Part shown: positions 7,718 through 17,180 of the stretch, piece after piece
Layout: each line of letters starts with the position of its first letter
Numbering within the stretch: position 1 is the stretch's first letter
Assembly (NCBI GenBank): GCA_014239855.1
Contig: JAAZXY010000005.1
Span: 12,267-76,266 of the forward strand
DNA: 64,000 nt
DNA from: Acidimicrobiales bacterium
GTDB lineage: Bacteria > Actinomycetota > Acidimicrobiia > Acidimicrobiales > MedAcidi-G1
Direction: 5' to 3'
The notes under the pieces: generated by a model
Databases searched by the model: none
What the model saw: only the letters and a program-made list of their open reading frames with translations
Told to the model about the DNA's origin: nothing
Translations under genes and position numbers: made by a program

Positions 7718-8621
7718 CGGAGGCGAACCCCTCGCCGTCCACAGGACGAGCTCCGGCCGACCAGGCGGCGAAGGGCATTCGTGGCCGGCCGGCCGGTTGG
7801 ACCTCGGTCAACTGCAGGCCCCCGCCGTCGGCCGCCACCACGTCTCCCACCAGCGTCCCGGGGGTCGGGTCTCCCGAGGGCGACGCACAGGGGACAGCGG
7901 CATGCACCTTGAACCGTTCGCCCCGGAAGGTGGTGTGGGCCCCGCCCACCAACACCGTCCGATGCAACTCGACCGCCGTGCGGGACCAGTCCAGGCGCAG
8001 GTCATTACCCACGATCTTGTGGGCCCACGTGGGCTCGCCCTGCTGTGGCTGAGGGGCGCCGAGACCGGCGGCCAACCCATCCACGAGGAGGCGGGCACCC
8101 AGGACACCGAGTCGTTCCCGAAGCTCGTCGGCCGTCTCGTCGGCACCGATCGGCGTGGTGACCCGGCCACGGACGCCGCCGGTGTCGAGTCCCTCGGCCA
8201 CGTCCATGAGGCAGACCCCCGTCTCGGCGTCTCCGGCCAGGATGGCCCGCTCCACGGGTGCCGCTCCCCGCCACCGGGGAAGCAACGAGAAGTGCAGGTT
8301 CAGCATCGGCAGGCGATCCAGCAGCGACACCGGAATGATCCGGCCGTAGGCCACCACGACCCCCAGATCGGCCCCCCAGTCGACGACCGCCGAGAGATCG
8401 TGGGACACCGTGATCCCCAGATCGGCTGCCGCAGCCCCCACCGGGGTCGACGACGGGTCACCTCGTCGACTTCGGCGACGGTCCTCGGCGGTGACGACCG
8501 CGACGATCTCGATGCCGAGTCGCTCCGAGGCGGCGTGAAGCGCCCGTAGGGGCGCCACGGCGACGGCCGGGTTTCCGAGATAGGCCAGACGGCGGGGCCG
8601 TTCCGGGACGGTGGCCGTCAC
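7710..8621 (-). CDS. fmt: methionyl-tRNA formyltransferase
   Basis: ORF track 303 aa. LNLHFSLLPRWRGAAPVERAILAGD. GTGA overlap with the def stop. Confidence 0.95.
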   Translation of the reverse strand: MTATVPERPRRLAYLGNPAVAVAPLRALHAASERLGIEIVAVVTAEDRRRSRRGDPSSTPVGAAAADLGITVSHDLSAVVDWGADLGVVVAYGRIIPVSLLDRLPMLNLHFSLLPRWRGAAPVERAILAGDAETGVCLMDVAEGLDTGGVRGRVTTPIGADETADELRERLGVLGARLLVDGLAAGLGAPQPQQGEPTWAHKIVGNDLRLDWSRTAVELHRTVLVGGAHTTFRGERFKVHAAVPCASPSGDPTPGTLVGDVVAADGGGLQLTEVQPAGRPRMPFAAWSAGARPVDGEGFASDG

Positions 8622-9181
8622 GGCAGCCGCAGTCCCCCGCCCGACGATCGGCCGCCGGCATCGTCGGGAGAGGATCCGAGCGACCGACCCGAACGGGCCA
8701 TGGTCAGCTCGTTCAGGGCCCGGCGGGCATCCCGACGCTGGTCGTCGTCCAGGTGGTCGACCAGCAGGATCCCGTCGAGGTGATCCAGCTCATGCTGGAA
8801 GAGCCGGGCCTCCAGGTCATCGGCCTCGATGGAGAGTTCGTTGCCGTCGAGGTCCACGCCGACCAGGTGGATGGTCCGGGGCCGGACGATCTCCCACGAC
8901 AGGCCGGGCACCGACAGACACCCCTCCTCGAAGGTCCACTCGCCGTCGGACTCCACGATCCGCGGATTCAGGACGACCCCGGAGTCCTCGCCGTGGTCGT
9001 AGACGAAGAACCGCTTCTGGACCCCGACCTGGGGAGCCGCCAGACCGATTCCGGGCGCCTCGTACATGGTGGTGAACATGTCCTCGCAGAGGCGCACCAG
9101 CGCGCCGTCCACATCGGTCACGTCGGCAGCCGGCGTGCGCAGGACGGGGTCTCCAATGACCCTGATCTCGTGGGTGGACAC
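8618..9181 (-). CDS. def: peptide deformylase
   Basis: C-terminal 187 aa of ORF 8618..9964. Motifs GIGLAAPQVG, EGCLSVPG, HELDHLDG. Start set to GTG 9181 (VSTHEIRVIGDPVLR), matching typical Def N-termini. Confidence 0.92.
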   Translation of the reverse strand: MSTHEIRVIGDPVLRTPAADVTDVDGALVRLCEDMFTTMYEAPGIGLAAPQVGVQKRFFVYDHGEDSGVVLNPRIVESDGEWTFEEGCLSVPGLSWEIVRPRTIHLVGVDLDGNELSIEADDLEARLFQHELDHLDGILLVDHLDDDQRRDARRALNELTMARSGRSLGSSPDDAGGRSSGGGLRLP

Positions 9182-9202
9182 GGCGACGAGGCTACCGTCG
9201 CC
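9182..9202. promoter_or_regulatory. palindrome GGCGACG-N7-CGTCGCC carrying back-to-back -10 boxes for def and the divergent methyltransferase
   Basis: TACCGT (9193-9198, +) lies 7 nt before GTG 9206. TAGCCT (9194-9189, -) lies 7 nt before GTG 9181. Only 24 bp separate the two start codons. Confidence 0.45.
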
Positions 9203-9205
9203 ACC

Positions 9206-9835
9206 GTGGACGCCCAGAAGGACCAGCACTACTGGTCGGATCGACCCGAGGCGGCGTCGCGGCCGGGAGAGGTCTCCCTGCTCCTGCCCGACGTCGACCT
9301 CACGCTGGCCACCGATCGGGGGGTGTTCTCCGCCGACCGGGTCGACCGCGGCACCCGCTTCCTGCTGCTGGACGGGCCACCGCCTCCGTCCGGTCCGGTC
9401 GACCTCATGGACCTGGGTTGCGGCTACGGGCCCATTGCCTGTGCGTTGGCCACCCGGAACCCCGAGGCCACCGTGTGGGCCGTCGACGTGAACGAGCGGG
9501 CCCGCGAGTTGTGCCGAGCCAACGCGGCGACCGCCGGCCTGGATGGTGTCCGGGTGGTGGCACCCGACGACGTGCCCGCCGACCTGTCGCTGGCCGGACT
9601 GTGGTCCAACCCTCCCATCCGGATCGGCAAGGAGGCACTCCACGAACTCCTGACCCGTTGGCTGGATCGCCTGACCCCCGACGGGACCGCCCAACTGGTC
9701 GTCCAACGCCATCTGGGTGCCGACTCCCTGGCCCGATGGCTCGACGGAATGGGCTGGACGACCACACGCCGGGGGTCGCGCAAGGGATTCCGCCTGCTGG
9801 AAGTGACCCGAGGTCAACCGGACACCCGTACGTGA
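9206..9835 (+). CDS. class I SAM-dependent RNA methyltransferase (RsmC/RlmG-type small domain)
   Basis: C-terminal part of ORF 8753..9835. TDRGVFS, DLGCGYGPIA, SNPPIRIG. Start set to in-frame GTG 9206 (VDAQKDQHYWSDRP). Confidence 0.8.
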   Translation: MDAQKDQHYWSDRPEAASRPGEVSLLLPDVDLTLATDRGVFSADRVDRGTRFLLLDGPPPPSGPVDLMDLGCGYGPIACALATRNPEATVWAVDVNERARELCRANAATAGLDGVRVVAPDDVPADLSLAGLWSNPPIRIGKEALHELLTRWLDRLTPDGTAQLVVQRHLGADSLARWLDGMGWTTTRRGSRKGFRLLEVTRGQPDTRT

Positions 9836-9845
9836 GGAACACCAC

Positions 9846-10364
9846 ATGAAGAATCTCGACGGCACCGGCCTCAAACGCCTGCACCGTGAATGGCGACGCC
9901 GCAGCGAACCCGACGTGGCCCTGCTGCTGGACAGCGTGCAGACCCCGTACAACGTGGGAGCCATCCTGCGAACGGCGGCCGCCTACCGGGTGTCCCACCT
10001 CTGGTTGGCCGGGGCCACCAGCCCACCCACGCACGCCAAGGTGGCCAAGACGGCCCTCGGGACCGGCCGCTACCTCACGTGGACGATCTGCGAGGAGGCC
10101 GACGAGGCGCTGGCGGCCATCAGGGCGGCCGGGTACGGGCTGGTCGGCGTCGAGCTGGCCGACGGGGCCCTCCCCATCCACGACGTGACGTTCCCCGACC
10201 GGACCTGTCTGGCCCTCGGCCACGAGGACCGGGGGCTCTCGGCCACCGTGCTCGACGCGTGCGACACCGTGGCCTTCATCCCGCAGCTCGGCAAGGTGGG
10301 AAGCCTCAACGTCGCCACCGCGGCGGGTATCGCCCTCTACGAACTGAACCGACGCCGCTGGTGA
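9846..10364 (+). CDS. TrmH/SpoU-family tRNA/rRNA methyltransferase
   Basis: ORF track 172 aa. QTPYNVGAILRTAAAY, LALGHEDRGLS, GKVGSLNVATAAGIALYE. Confidence 0.88.
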   Translation: MKNLDGTGLKRLHREWRRRSEPDVALLLDSVQTPYNVGAILRTAAAYRVSHLWLAGATSPPTHAKVAKTALGTGRYLTWTICEEADEALAAIRAAGYGLVGVELADGALPIHDVTFPDRTCLALGHEDRGLSATVLDACDTVAFIPQLGKVGSLNVATAAGIALYELNRRRW

Positions 10365-10421
10365 ACCGGTGGGCGGCGGGCCGACCTGAACCGGGTGGGC
10401 CTCCGGCCAGACTCGGGTCGA

Positions 10422-12395
10422 TCAGGCTCGGGCCGGATCGACCTCGATCCTGAGCCTCCCCGCAGGACGGTCGACCGAGAGCAGGAGATCCGAGAGGGTG
10501 GCCGAATCCGGGGCACGGACCAACCAGGCGTCGTCCCGGGGCCCCATCACCTCGACATCGGGCGATGACCGGCCCTCGACCTCGTCGAGTCGCGCCATGA
10601 AGGTCGGTGCCACGGCCCCCGAGACCCGGGCCAACGCCCCGAACGGCGGCAGGCCGAGGATGTTCCGACGCTCGCGTTCGGCAACGGCCAGTCGACCCGG
10701 GTCGGCATGGAGCACCGCCTGCAGGACCTCATGGTCGGGCTGGCGTGTCTGAATAATGAGACGGCCGCCCGTCGACCGTGGCCCCAGGAGGTGCGCCGCC
10801 CGGCCGAGGAGGGCCATGGCCTGATCCGCGGCCCGCATCCGTGGCGCCAGGAGTTCCTGATCGAAGTCCAGGAAAACCACCCGGGCCACCCGGCGACCGA
10901 TCCGGTGCAGCACCGCCTCGGTGCCCACGAACAACCCGGCGTGGGCGCCATCCAGCGCCGACGGGTCGGTCTCGGCGGTGACCTCCACGACCGGGCGGCC
11001 GGCCAGGGCTTCCAACTCCTCACGCACCCGGTTCACCCCGGCCCGGAGGTTCTTCATCCGCGTCCCACCGCACGAATCGCACACGACTGGCCGACCGGCA
11101 CCATCGACCGGACACCGCAACACGGTCAGATCCTCGGACTCCGTGGACCGTTCCTCCACCAACGCCGCTCCATGGACCTCACAACGGGCCAGCACCCCAC
11201 AGGCGTCACACGCCAGGAGCCGCGACCTACCTTTTCGATTGAGGACGCACACCACAGGATCCCCACCTTCGCCCCGAAGCACCGGGACCAGCGAAGGGCT
11301 GAACAGTCCGCTCCGGACGGTGTCGTCGGTCCGACGGTCGATCAGGTCGACCACCGGCCAGCCGGCCCGCTCATCGGACCGGGAGGAAACCCACACCCGC
11401 TCGGGCCCGGCCTCCTCGAGGGATTCCACGCTCGGGTTCGCCGAGACCAGCACGCAGGGAACGCCGGCACGTCGAGCCCGCTCGACGGCCACATCACGTG
11501 CGTTCCAGGTCGGCGTGCGCTCCTCCCGGTAGGCATCATCGTGCTCGTCGAGCACCAGAACGGCCCGCAGGTCGCGCACCGGCGCCCATGCTCCCGCCCG
11601 GGCTCCGACCACCGTCCCTCCGGCTGCCGCCCGGGCCCAGTCCCGGGGCATGGCGGACACCGGAACGCCGGTCCGACGCAGCCGACCGGTCAGGCGTCGA
11701 ACGGCCTCGGCGGTAGGGGCCAGGATCAGGGCATCACCGAGACGGACCGCCGCGAGGGCCAGCGGCAGCACGTCGTCACCCGGAGGGAGTCGCACCACCG
11801 ACGGTCGCCCCTCGGAGTCCACCTGCCATGCCTCGTCGTACCAGCGGTCACCGGTGGTCGGCACGGTCCACGGGTCGGGCGGCGACGGCAGCGCCTCGAC
11901 CATGGTGGGCGGCGAGGCCGTGGACAGCAGCCCGGCCATCGGGCCGACCCATCGACGGGCCGCCCAGCGGGCGATCTCGATCATTTCCGCGGTGGGACCG
12001 AGGCCGCTCAGGCGGGTGAGGGGCCGCAGGGCGACACCCGGCGGCGGCTGGACCTCATCGTCCACCACCCACCCGGCGACCCGGCGGCCGTGCAGGACAA
12101 TGCGGACCCGGCTCCCGATGCCGAGGCGTGCGCCCCGACCGTCACCGGACCACGCCTCGGGAACCAGATAGTCGAAGACCTTCGAGACCGCGGCGACGTC
12201 CGGAAGGACCCGGACCACCCGCTTCAGCCCGTCACCGGACTCCGGTACCCGGACGGCTCCCTCAGACTCCGGCGCCTCGACGGTCCCCTCGTCGGGTTCG
12301 ACTCCTACTCCAGAGACACCGTCCGACGACTCCAGGTCGTCGAAAGCCAACCGACCCTGCTCAGGAGCGGTTCCACCACCCGACCCGTCGCTCAC
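10422..12395 (-). CDS. priA: primosomal protein N' (PriA), Walker A degenerate
   Basis: ORF 10422..12497. 3' DNA-binding domain (VFDYLVPE...GSRVRIVLHGRRVAGWVV), VLVLDEHDDAY, and a Cys-rich zinc region (CDACG...CPVDG...CDSCGG). Start set to GTG 12395, just after the metK stop. Confidence 0.85.
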   Translation of the reverse strand: MSDGSGGGTAPEQGRLAFDDLESSDGVSGVGVEPDEGTVEAPESEGAVRVPESGDGLKRVVRVLPDVAAVSKVFDYLVPEAWSGDGRGARLGIGSRVRIVLHGRRVAGWVVDDEVQPPPGVALRPLTRLSGLGPTAEMIEIARWAARRWVGPMAGLLSTASPPTMVEALPSPPDPWTVPTTGDRWYDEAWQVDSEGRPSVVRLPPGDDVLPLALAAVRLGDALILAPTAEAVRRLTGRLRRTGVPVSAMPRDWARAAAGGTVVGARAGAWAPVRDLRAVLVLDEHDDAYREERTPTWNARDVAVERARRAGVPCVLVSANPSVESLEEAGPERVWVSSRSDERAGWPVVDLIDRRTDDTVRSGLFSPSLVPVLRGEGGDPVVCVLNRKGRSRLLACDACGVLARCEVHGAALVEERSTESEDLTVLRCPVDGAGRPVVCDSCGGTRMKNLRAGVNRVREELEALAGRPVVEVTAETDPSALDGAHAGLFVGTEAVLHRIGRRVARVVFLDFDQELLAPRMRAADQAMALLGRAAHLLGPRSTGGRLIIQTRQPDHEVLQAVLHADPGRLAVAERERRNILGLPPFGALARVSGAVAPTFMARLDEVEGRSSPDVEVMGPRDDAWLVRAPDSATLSDLLLSVDRPAGRLRIEVDPARA

Positions 12396-12414
12396 CGGGT
12401 CGACGTGCGCCGGG

Positions 12415-13611
12415 TCAGCCCAGGCCCAGGAAGGAACGGACGTCGTCCACCCGGTCGGTGGCCTCCCACGGCAGGCCGGGGCGGCCGAAGTGCCCATAGG
12501 CCGCGGTCTGACCGTAGATCGGACGCTTCAGATCGAGGTCCCGGATGATGGCGGCCGGGCGGAGGTCGAAGACCTCCTGCACGCAGGCCGAGATCCGGTC
12601 GGGGTCAACCGTTGCCGTGCCGAAGGTGTCGACCAGCACCGAGACCGGCCGGGCCATGCCGATGGCGTAGGCCACCTGGACCTCACACCGCTTGGCCGCT
12701 CCCGCAGCCACCAGGTTCTTGGCCACCCAACGGGTCGCGTAGGCCGCCGAGCGGTCGACCTTGGACGGGTCCTTGCCCGAGAAGGCGCCACCGCCGTGTC
12801 GGGCCATGCCTCCGTAGGTGTCGACAATGATCTTCCGCCCGGTCAGGCCGGCATCGCCCACCGGTCCACCGATCACGAACCGACCGGTCGGGTTGACGTG
12901 AACCTCGTAGTCGTCGTCGGCGAACTCCTCGGGGATGACCGGACGGATGACCTGTTCGATCAGGTCCGGACGGATCATCGAGTCCCGGTCGATGCCGTCG
13001 TTGTGCTGGGTCGACACCAGCACCGTGCGAAGTCGCACCGGGGTGTTGCCCTCGTATTCGAAGGTGACCTGGGTCTTGGCGTCGGGCCGGAGATACGGGA
13101 TCGTTCCCGCCTTGCGGACCTCGGCGTGGCGCTCGGCCATCCGGTGGGCCAGGTGGATGGGCAACGGCATCAGCACGTCGGTCTCGTCGCAGGCGAAGCC
13201 GAACATCATCCCCTGGTCGCCGGCGCCCTGGCGGTCCAGGTCGTCGTCCTCGCCGGCCGTACCGGACCGGACCTCCTCGGCGGCATCCACGCCCTGGGCG
13301 ATGTCGGTGGACTGGGCGTCGAGGGTGACCATCACGCCGCAGGTGTGGCCGTCGAACCCGAAGTCCTCACGGTCGTATCCGATCTCGCAGATCGTCTCCC
13401 GAACGGTATTGGGAATGTCTACGTAGCCGCCACAGGTGACCTCGCCGGCCACCACGACCAGACCAGTCGTGATGAGGGTCTCACAGGCCACCCGGCTCTC
13501 GGAGTCCACGGTCAGCATGGCGTCGAGCACCGCATCCGAGATCTGGTCGGCCATCTTGTCGGGATGACCCTCACTCACCGATTCGGAGGTGAAGGTCCAG
13601 TTGTCGCTCAC
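12415..13611 (-). CDS. metK: S-adenosylmethionine synthase
   Basis: ORF track 398 aa. [47 protein letters not shown] start in a GTGA overlap with the coaBC stop. Confidence 0.97.
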   Translation of the reverse strand: MSDNWTFTSESVSEGHPDKMADQISDAVLDAMLTVDSESRVACETLITTGLVVVAGEVTCGGYVDIPNTVRETICEIGYDREDFGFDGHTCGVMVTLDAQSTDIAQGVDAAEEVRSGTAGEDDDLDRQGAGDQGMMFGFACDETDVLMPLPIHLAHRMAERHAEVRKAGTIPYLRPDAKTQVTFEYEGNTPVRLRTVLVSTQHNDGIDRDSMIRPDLIEQVIRPVIPEEFADDDYEVHVNPTGRFVIGGPVGDAGLTGRKIIVDTYGGMARHGGGAFSGKDPSKVDRSAAYATRWVAKNLVAAGAAKRCEVQVAYAIGMARPVSVLVDTFGTATVDPDRISACVQEVFDLRPAAIIRDLDLKRPIYGQTAAYGHFGRPGLPWEATDRVDDVRSFLGLG

Positions 13612-14906
13612 GTGTCGTCTCCGTTCGGCAACCGGTCGGCCCGGTCATCGTCCATCTTGTCGTTCATCTTGTCGTCCCTGATCCGGTGGATGTCGAGCAC
13701 AGCATCCAGCACCGCCCCCGCCACCTCCCGCTTGCCACACAGGGGTACCTCGCTGACCCCGTTGAAGGCATCGAGCAGGACCACGGCGTTGGTCTCGTGT
13801 TCGAATCCCACCTCGGGAGCCGACACGTCATTGGCCACGATCAGGTCGACGCCCTTGGACTCCAACTTCGCCGCGGCATTCTGGCGCAGATCATCGGTCT
13901 CCGCGGCGAACCCCACCAGAATCTGTCGGCCGGAACGAGTCCGCCCCAACTCGGCGAGGATGTCGACGGTGGGCTCGAGACGGATCTCGGGCACGCCACC
14001 GTCCTTCTTGATCTTCCGGTCAGCCACGTCAACCGGGCGGAAGTCGGCCACCGCGGCCGCCATCACGACGACGTCGGCACCGGATGCACGCTCGAACACG
14101 GCGGCGGCCATCTCGGCTGCCGTATCCACGGCGACGACCTCCATGCCCAGATCGTCGGGCGCGGATGCCGGCTGGGTGGTGACGCACTGGACTCTGGCCC
14201 CCCGGACCGATGCCTCGGCGGCCAGGGCATGTCCCTGCTTGCCCGAGGATCGATTCCCCAGGAACCGGACCGGGCAGATGGGCTCACGGGTGCCCCCCGC
14301 CGTCACCAGCACCGTGAGACCCGCCAGGTCGCCGGAAGGTTCGCCTCCCGCGGTTGCCCCCAGCACGTCGAAGGCGGCGGCCACGATGTCGGCCGGGTCG
14401 GCCATCCGCCCGGCACCGGCGTCGCCGCCGGCCAGACGGCCGTCCACCGGACCCACCATCCTCACTCCACGGTCGGCCAGAACGGCCACGTTCTCGGCCA
14501 CCGAGGGCTGTTCCCACATCTCGGTGTGCATGGCGGGCGCCACGATCACCGGTGCCCGGGTTGCCAACAGGGTGGCGGTGAGCAGGTCGTCGCTCCGACC
14601 CGTCCGGTAGTCCGACAGGAGCCGGGCCGTGGCCGGACAGACCACCACCAGGTCGGCGCCCTGCCCCAGGCGGGTGTGCGGAATGGGATGGGGTTCATCC
14701 CAGAGGCTGGTCTGGACCGGCTCGGATCCCAGGGCATCGAAGGTGGCCCGTCCCACGAAGTGGAGGGCACCGTCGGTCATGACGGGCGCCACGTGGGCAC
14801 CGGCATCGACCAGACGTCGGCAGACCTCGACGGCCTTGTAGGCGGCGATACCGCCCGTGACACCGAGGACGATGCGACGACCGGCGAGGGGTCCCATGGG
14901 GGTCAT
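13608..14906 (-). CDS. coaBC: bifunctional phosphopantothenoylcysteine decarboxylase / phosphopantothenate-cysteine ligase
   Basis: ORF 13608..15104 trimmed to ATG 14906 ([24 protein letters not shown]). [19 protein letters not shown]. Confidence 0.92.
   Translation of the reverse strand: MTPMGPLAGRRIVLGVTGGIAAYKAVEVCRRLVDAGAHVAPVMTDGALHFVGRATFDALGSEPVQTSLWDEPHPIPHTRLGQGADLVVVCPATARLLSDYRTGRSDDLLTATLLATRAPVIVAPAMHTEMWEQPSVAENVAVLADRGVRMVGPVDGRLAGGDAGAGRMADPADIVAAAFDVLGATAGGEPSGDLAGLTVLVTAGGTREPICPVRFLGNRSSGKQGHALAAEASVRGARVQCVTTQPASAPDDLGMEVVAVDTAAEMAAAVFERASGADVVVMAAAVADFRPVDVADRKIKKDGGVPEIRLEPTVDILAELGRTRSGRQILVGFAAETDDLRQNAAAKLESKGVDLIVANDVSAPEVGFEHETNAVVLLDAFNGVSEVPLCGKREVAGAVLDAVLDIHRIRDDKMNDKMDDDRADRLPNGDDT
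13653..13676. repeat. 2 x 12-bp in-frame tandem duplication in the coaBC 3' end
   Basis: Plus strand: CATCTTGTCGTT CATCTTGTCGTC. Encodes DKMN-DKMD. Confidence 0.9.
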
Positions 14907-14934
14907 CCGTCCGCCGGGACGACCGGAGGTCGAA

Positions 14935-15312
14935 TCAGGCGCCCTCGGCGCCATCGGCGACCGTGACGTCACCCTCGGGAAGTTCGTCGCCCAGGTGCTC
15001 GGCCATCTCGGCGTCGATGGCATCCAGCAGGGCATCGACCTCCTCGGGCTCGTCGGGCGGCTCGATGGCCTCGATCTTGCCCACCGAGAGTTCCTCGAAG
15101 GCAATGGAGAGCGGCTTGCGGGACGTGGAGGTGATCTGTGGCGGAATCGAGGAGCCCAGTCCCTCGCCCAGCTGACCGAAGTACGCGTTGATCTGGCGGG
15201 CGCGCTTGGCGCTCACCGTGACCAGACGGAACTTGGAGTCCGCGGCCTCGAAGAGGCCTTCGATGGGAGGGTTGACCATGCTGTCGTAACGCTGCACCGG
15301 GGAATCCTTCAT
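14935..15312 (-). CDS. rpoZ: DNA-directed RNA polymerase subunit omega
   Basis: ORF 14935..15417 trimmed to ATG 15312 (MKDSPVQRYDSMVNPPIEGL...SKFRLVTVSAKRARQINAY). Acidic C-terminal tail. Confidence 0.9.
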   Translation of the reverse strand: MKDSPVQRYDSMVNPPIEGLFEAADSKFRLVTVSAKRARQINAYFGQLGEGLGSSIPPQITSTSRKPLSIAFEELSVGKIEAIEPPDEPEEVDALLDAIDAEMAEHLGDELPEGDVTVADGAEGA

Positions 15313-15460
15313 CCGTGGTTCGTCCGTGTGGGCGCCCGATTCCGGGAGTGGAACGGGCAGTCGGTCGGTTCCGGAGACGGGACCGACCGGCCCACCACGG
15401 TACCAGCGGGCCTGCATGAACCCTCGAACGGACCCGTGCCCGGGCCGCCCTGCAAGTCGG

Positions 15461-16003
15461 TCAGGAACCGGCCCGGGCGGTGTCGATCAGGTCGCGGATC
15501 TCGGCGATGGCCACATCCAGCACGTCGTTGACCACCCGTCGGTAACCGAGGTCATCGGCCTCCTGGCGCTCCCGGGAAGCCTCGGCCACCCGCTGGTCCG
15601 CCCGGTCCGACCCGTCGCCCCGTCCCACCAGCCGACGACGCAACTCGGCATCGTCCGGGGCGTCCACGAAGAGGCAGAGGGCACCGGGCAGGCGGTCCAG
15701 CACCTGGCGCCCACCGGCCACGTCGATCTCCAAAAGCAGATCCCGGGCGTCGTCAGCATCGGGCACCGGCGTGCCGTAGGCGCGCCCCAGGAACTGGTTC
15801 CACTCCAGAAAACCGCCAGCGTCGAGTCGCTCGTCGAACTCGGAACGCGTCACGAAGAGGTAGGCATCCTCCGCGTCGTCGGACCTCCGGTCGCGGGTGG
15901 TCCATGAACGACTCAGCGACAACTCGGAATCACCCTCGACGAGCGCCCGGGCAATGGTCCCCTTCCCCGCCCCGCCGGGGCCCGAGAGGACGACGACAAG
16001 CAT
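15461..16003 (-). CDS. gmk: guanylate kinase
   Basis: ORF track 180 aa. LSGPGGAGKGT, SRSWTTRDRR. Confidence 0.93.
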   Translation of the reverse strand: MLVVVLSGPGGAGKGTIARALVEGDSELSLSRSWTTRDRRSDDAEDAYLFVTRSEFDERLDAGGFLEWNQFLGRAYGTPVPDADDARDLLLEIDVAGGRQVLDRLPGALCLFVDAPDDAELRRRLVGRGDGSDRADQRVAEASRERQEADDLGYRRVVNDVLDVAIAEIRDLIDTARAGS

Positions 16004-16044
16004 GTCGACGTCGAAGGGGACTGAAGAGTTTTCGGTGGGCTGGC

Positions 16045-16359
16045 TCAGCCGAAGCGGGAGACCAGTTCGGCGCGCTGCTGCGTTCCGAGGCCCCGCAGTC
16101 GGCGACTGTCGCTGATGCCGACCTCGTCCATGGTCCGCCGTGCCTTGACCTTGCCCAACTTGGGCAGGGACTCCAGAACGGCCAGCACTTTCATCTTGGC
16201 CAGGATGATGTCCCCATCGGCCTGCTCCAGAAGTTCAGACAAGGACAACGACCCCATCTTGAGGAGGTCCTTGACCTCGGCACGGACCCGTCGAGCCTCG
16301 GCTGCCTTGGCCAGAGCGGCACGCCGCTGTTCATCGGTGAGTTGGGGAAGTCCTGCCAT
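16045..16359 (-). CDS. mihF: integration host factor MihF (actinobacterial)
   Basis: ORF track 104 aa. PQLTDEQRRAALAKAAEARRVRAEVK...LPKLGKVKARRTM. Conserved position between pyrF and gmk. Confidence 0.9.
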   Translation of the reverse strand: MAGLPQLTDEQRRAALAKAAEARRVRAEVKDLLKMGSLSLSELLEQADGDIILAKMKVLAVLESLPKLGKVKARRTMDEVGISDSRRLRGLGTQQRAELVSRFG

Positions 16360-16366
16360 GTGTCGG

Positions 16367-16372
16367 ACCCTA
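16367..16372 (-). promoter_or_regulatory. candidate -10 box TAGGGT, 7 nt before the mihF ATG (leaderless candidate)
   Basis: Sense CACTAGGGTCCGACACATG. No SD is present. Confidence 0.4.
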
Positions 16373-16426
16373 GTGGCGACGGCTGACCGAGGCGGACCCT
16401 CGGTGACGAGAAGCGGCTGGAGCCTT

Positions 16427-17179
16427 TCAGGAACGGTGCCCGGCCAGGTGGGTCACCAGGTCGACGGCGGCCGCCACGGGATCGGGCGCCGCGGTGACCG
16501 CTCGACCCACCACCAGCAGATCGGCACCGGCATCCAGTGCGTCACTCGGGGTGGCCACCCGGGACTGGTCATGGATGTCGCCGCCGGGCATCCGGATGCC
16601 CGGCACGACCCGCACCAGACGATCAGCCCACGGGTCGGTGACCGGCAGGTCGGGAGCGGCGCAGACGATTCCCGCACACCCTGTCGACACCGCCAGTTCG
16701 CAACGATCCTCCAGCATCTGGCGACCGGCCGTCTGGTCACTGGTCAACACGGTGACACCCAGCACGCCGGGGGCTTCGGCTCCGACCCGCGATGCTCCGT
16801 CGGCCATCGACTCCACGGCGGCACGGAGCATCGCCTCACCGCCCGCGGTGTGCACGGTGACCCAGCTCGCCCCGGACGCCCCCAGTACCCGGGCCGCGCT
16901 GCCCACCGTGTTGGGAATGTCATGCAGCTTCAGGTCGCAGAAGACCCGGAACCCGGCCTCCACGAAACCGGTGACGGCGTCCGGCCCGGCGGCCGAGAAC
17001 AACTCGAGACCCACCTTGACGGTGCCGAACCACGGCGCCAGCGCCGCGGCGGTCCGTCGGGCGGCCACCAGATCGTCGACGTCGAGCACCAGGCAGAGCG
17101 CGTCGCGGATGTGTGGCGGAGCCGAATCCCTGAAGTCGGTCATCGAGGTCTCCCCCTCAGCCATGTTCCCCTCAGCCAT
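16427..17179 (-). CDS. pyrF: orotidine 5'-phosphate decarboxylase
   Basis: ORF track 250 aa. LVLDVDD, FCDLKLHDIPNT. Alternative in-frame ATGs at 17164 and 17143. A 15-bp duplication creates two identical ATGGCTGAGGGG starts. Confidence 0.9.
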   Translation of the reverse strand: MAEGNMAEGETSMTDFRDSAPPHIRDALCLVLDVDDLVAARRTAAALAPWFGTVKVGLELFSAAGPDAVTGFVEAGFRVFCDLKLHDIPNTVGSAARVLGASGASWVTVHTAGGEAMLRAAVESMADGASRVGAEAPGVLGVTVLTSDQTAGRQMLEDRCELAVSTGCAGIVCAAPDLPVTDPWADRLVRVVPGIRMPGGDIHDQSRVATPSDALDAGADLLVVGRAVTAAPDPVAAAVDLVTHLAGHRS

Positions 17180-17180
17180 G
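17153..17180. repeat. 15-bp-period tandem duplication at the pyrD stop / pyrF start junction
   Basis: Plus strand: CCCCTCAGCCATG at 17153-17165 and again at 17168-17180. Encodes [10 protein letters not shown]. Confidence 0.9.

Noticed and set aside
8618-9964. Very long N-terminal extensions in the ORF track: def as 448 aa, ruvA as 357 aa, efp as 322 aa, carA as 421 aa, secF as 443 aa, yebC as 315 aa, pdxT as 297 aa, pyrR as 284 aa.
   Set aside because: The extensions overlap the upstream gene or its stop, are compositionally junk, and canonical N-termini with an SD, a coupling overlap or a -10 box occur further in. Starts were trimmed accordingly.
13600-13620. SAM riboswitch upstream of metK, and FMN riboswitch upstream of ribD (5103-5110).
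   Set aside because: Both genes are translationally coupled to the preceding gene (GTGA and ATGGCTGA overlaps), so no leader exists to hold a riboswitch.
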